Below are positions 62,483 through 64,000 of a DNA stretch of 64,000 nt, in pieces. Both the position numbers and the translations under genes were made by a program. Source of the stretch: Ostrea edulis (taxonomy: Eukaryota); assembly GCF_947568905.1 (NCBI RefSeq), contig NC_079164.1, positions 40,734,001-40,798,000 on the forward strand, given 5' to 3'. Numbering within the stretch: the stretch's first letter is position 1; every line of letters begins with the position of its first letter. The notes beneath the pieces were generated by a model. The model had not been told where the DNA came from. It saw only the letters and a list, made by a program, of their open reading frames with translations, and did no database searches.

Positions 62483-62835
62483 CAGCAGTGCCGTGGCAAG
62501 CAATAGTGACCGTGATCGCGAGAGACACTCTAATAATTCTTTATTGCGAAAGACATACATCTTATAGCATTATAACAAAATTGAACATGGATAATAATTA
62601 CAAAGCTGAAAATAAACGGCCAATTCTTACAAAGACATCTAGCAAATGTAAATACAATAGTATAATGATAGTAAAAAAGGAGAATGACGATACAAATTAC
62701 ATATTATAGACTGTTCTTAGTTCAAGAGCTTTACAAATAAATTTTCCTAAGTTACAAAGTTCTTTTTAACATTGTTCACACTTAATAGTTGTATAAATTT
62801 AAACATGGAGGGTTTACTCCAGTAATACCTTTTCA

Positions 62836-63309
62836 CTAATTTAGCTCTAATCTGAAAATATATACAAGACAGACTAACAAAAAGTGGTATTCCTCCTCAA
62901 CTTCAGTGATACATGTTTTACAAAACCTTTTTTCACATGGTACATCTTTGTGTCTGCCAGTTTCTATGGATAAATTATGTGATGATAACCTTATTTTGGA
63001 GATACCCTTTTTGTACAATTTAGGAATATATTTTTGTAGGTAATATTGCAAGCAAAAACTATCAATCAAATGTTTGTAAATAGTGTATTTTGATTCATAC
63101 TGCATGTTGCTATGTAAATTTTGAATAAAATGATCCTTCAATCTTTGTTGTATTATTGGCAAACAAACATGGCTATTTAAGTTATTTTGATCATGCCACG
63201 TATAACTAAGTCCCCAAACAATCAAGTTGTTCCTTGATAAAAGTAGCCCAGTTACGACTTGTATGCTTTGTATTTTCACAGATATTGTATGAACATTCAT
63301 ATGCAACAT
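62836..63309 (-). pseudogene. 3' fragment of another CR1/L2-group LINE ORF2
   Basis: Encodes RLSSHNLSIETGRH...FCKTC..EVEEEYHFLLVC. Confidence 0.8.
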
Positions 63310-63774
63310 TAAGTAAATTAATTACAGCCCCTTCACATGTTTACAACAGGTTACATCGTTTTACACACAAAACAAGTCAACATTAAATTCATTTAAAGTA
63401 AATATATCAATTGTTTTCTTTTAACATTCTGTAATTTCCTCCATAGGGCCATGCGTTATATACTATGTTTGGGAGAGATATATAAAATGTAGTGTCTTTT
63501 ACTAGATATAATTCATTTATGTTTTTTTTTTACACGATTGTACAGATTTTTGAAAATAGCAGAGGAAACATTGTAATCACGGTAGGTGACATATTTACCT
63601 ATGTACGACTATGTATTCACGTTTGTTGGTATAAAGAAAATGGAATCACTCAAGCTTGAATAATTTTACGATTTTATTCGCCAAAAACCACGAGCTTTAT
63701 GAAAATAGATATATATTTTCAAATTACAAAACTCAAGGCTAGGTTAATTTGAAGATGACAGAATTCGTACTTAC

Positions 63775-63829
63775 CATTAAACAGTAAGACACCTAGAACA
63801 GCTCTAAACAACACCGACCGAACGGACAT
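63775..63829 (-). CDS. ALPL: Alkaline phosphatase exon 1 (signal peptide)
   Basis: Encodes MSVRSVLFRAVLGVLLFN+g followed by a perfect GTAAGT donor. Phase 1 matches exon 2. The nine exons total 1578 nt, or 525 aa plus stop. The symbol denotes the family; orthology is not established. Confidence 0.78.
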
Positions 63830-64000
63830 TGCTGCTCTCCGCTGATAAACGATGTGAAAGGTGTACCACTCAGGGGCAAGAACTCCGTTTAAAATCAAAA
63901 TCACGATCAGCGGCACGCATCGCTACCTTTTGGGTCATGCTTACAAAAAAGATATTATCTTTCTTAATATGTTCATTCAATTCATCCAAAATGTTAATAT

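Overview
AT-rich eukaryotic (spliced, intron-rich) animal DNA. The repeat content (Helentron/HINE elements carrying ~166-bp satellite units, Naiad-type Penelope-like elements, RTE and CR1/L2-like LINEs, BEL/Pao, TTAA- and TA-flanked MITEs) points to a bivalve, most likely an oyster; this is inference, not a database match. Three host genes can be assembled by hand from GT-AG exons with consistent phases. (1) The 3' part of a TPRG1L-like (hSac2-domain) gene on +, exons 1-38, 3660-3836 and 5369-5714. (2) A complete 163-aa secreted two-Kazal-domain protein on +, exons 13063-13105, 13212-13326, 20352-20597 and 21821-21908, largely missed by the ORF track. (3) A complete 525-aa GPI-anchored alkaline phosphatase on -, nine exons from 63829 to 31730. 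Most of the rest is nested transposon debris and tandem repeats. The most notable observations are: minisatellites that have multiplied real splice sites (a 58-bp array with about 11 copies of the TPRG1L donor and a 37-bp array of acceptor-like units); a ~270-bp TSD-flanked SINE-like retroposon with a fixed, hairpin-rich 5' end and no obvious Pol III boxes (candidate self-processing RNA); a 6-bp-TSD foldback transposon present both as a 1156-bp copy and as a collapsed perfect 100-bp palindrome; a Naiad element with N-terminal GIY-YIG whose GC-rich pseudo-LTR core also inserts alone; and a minisatellite born from seven codons of a LINE reverse transcriptase. All coordinates were counted by eye and may be off by a few bases, especially for degenerate repeats.
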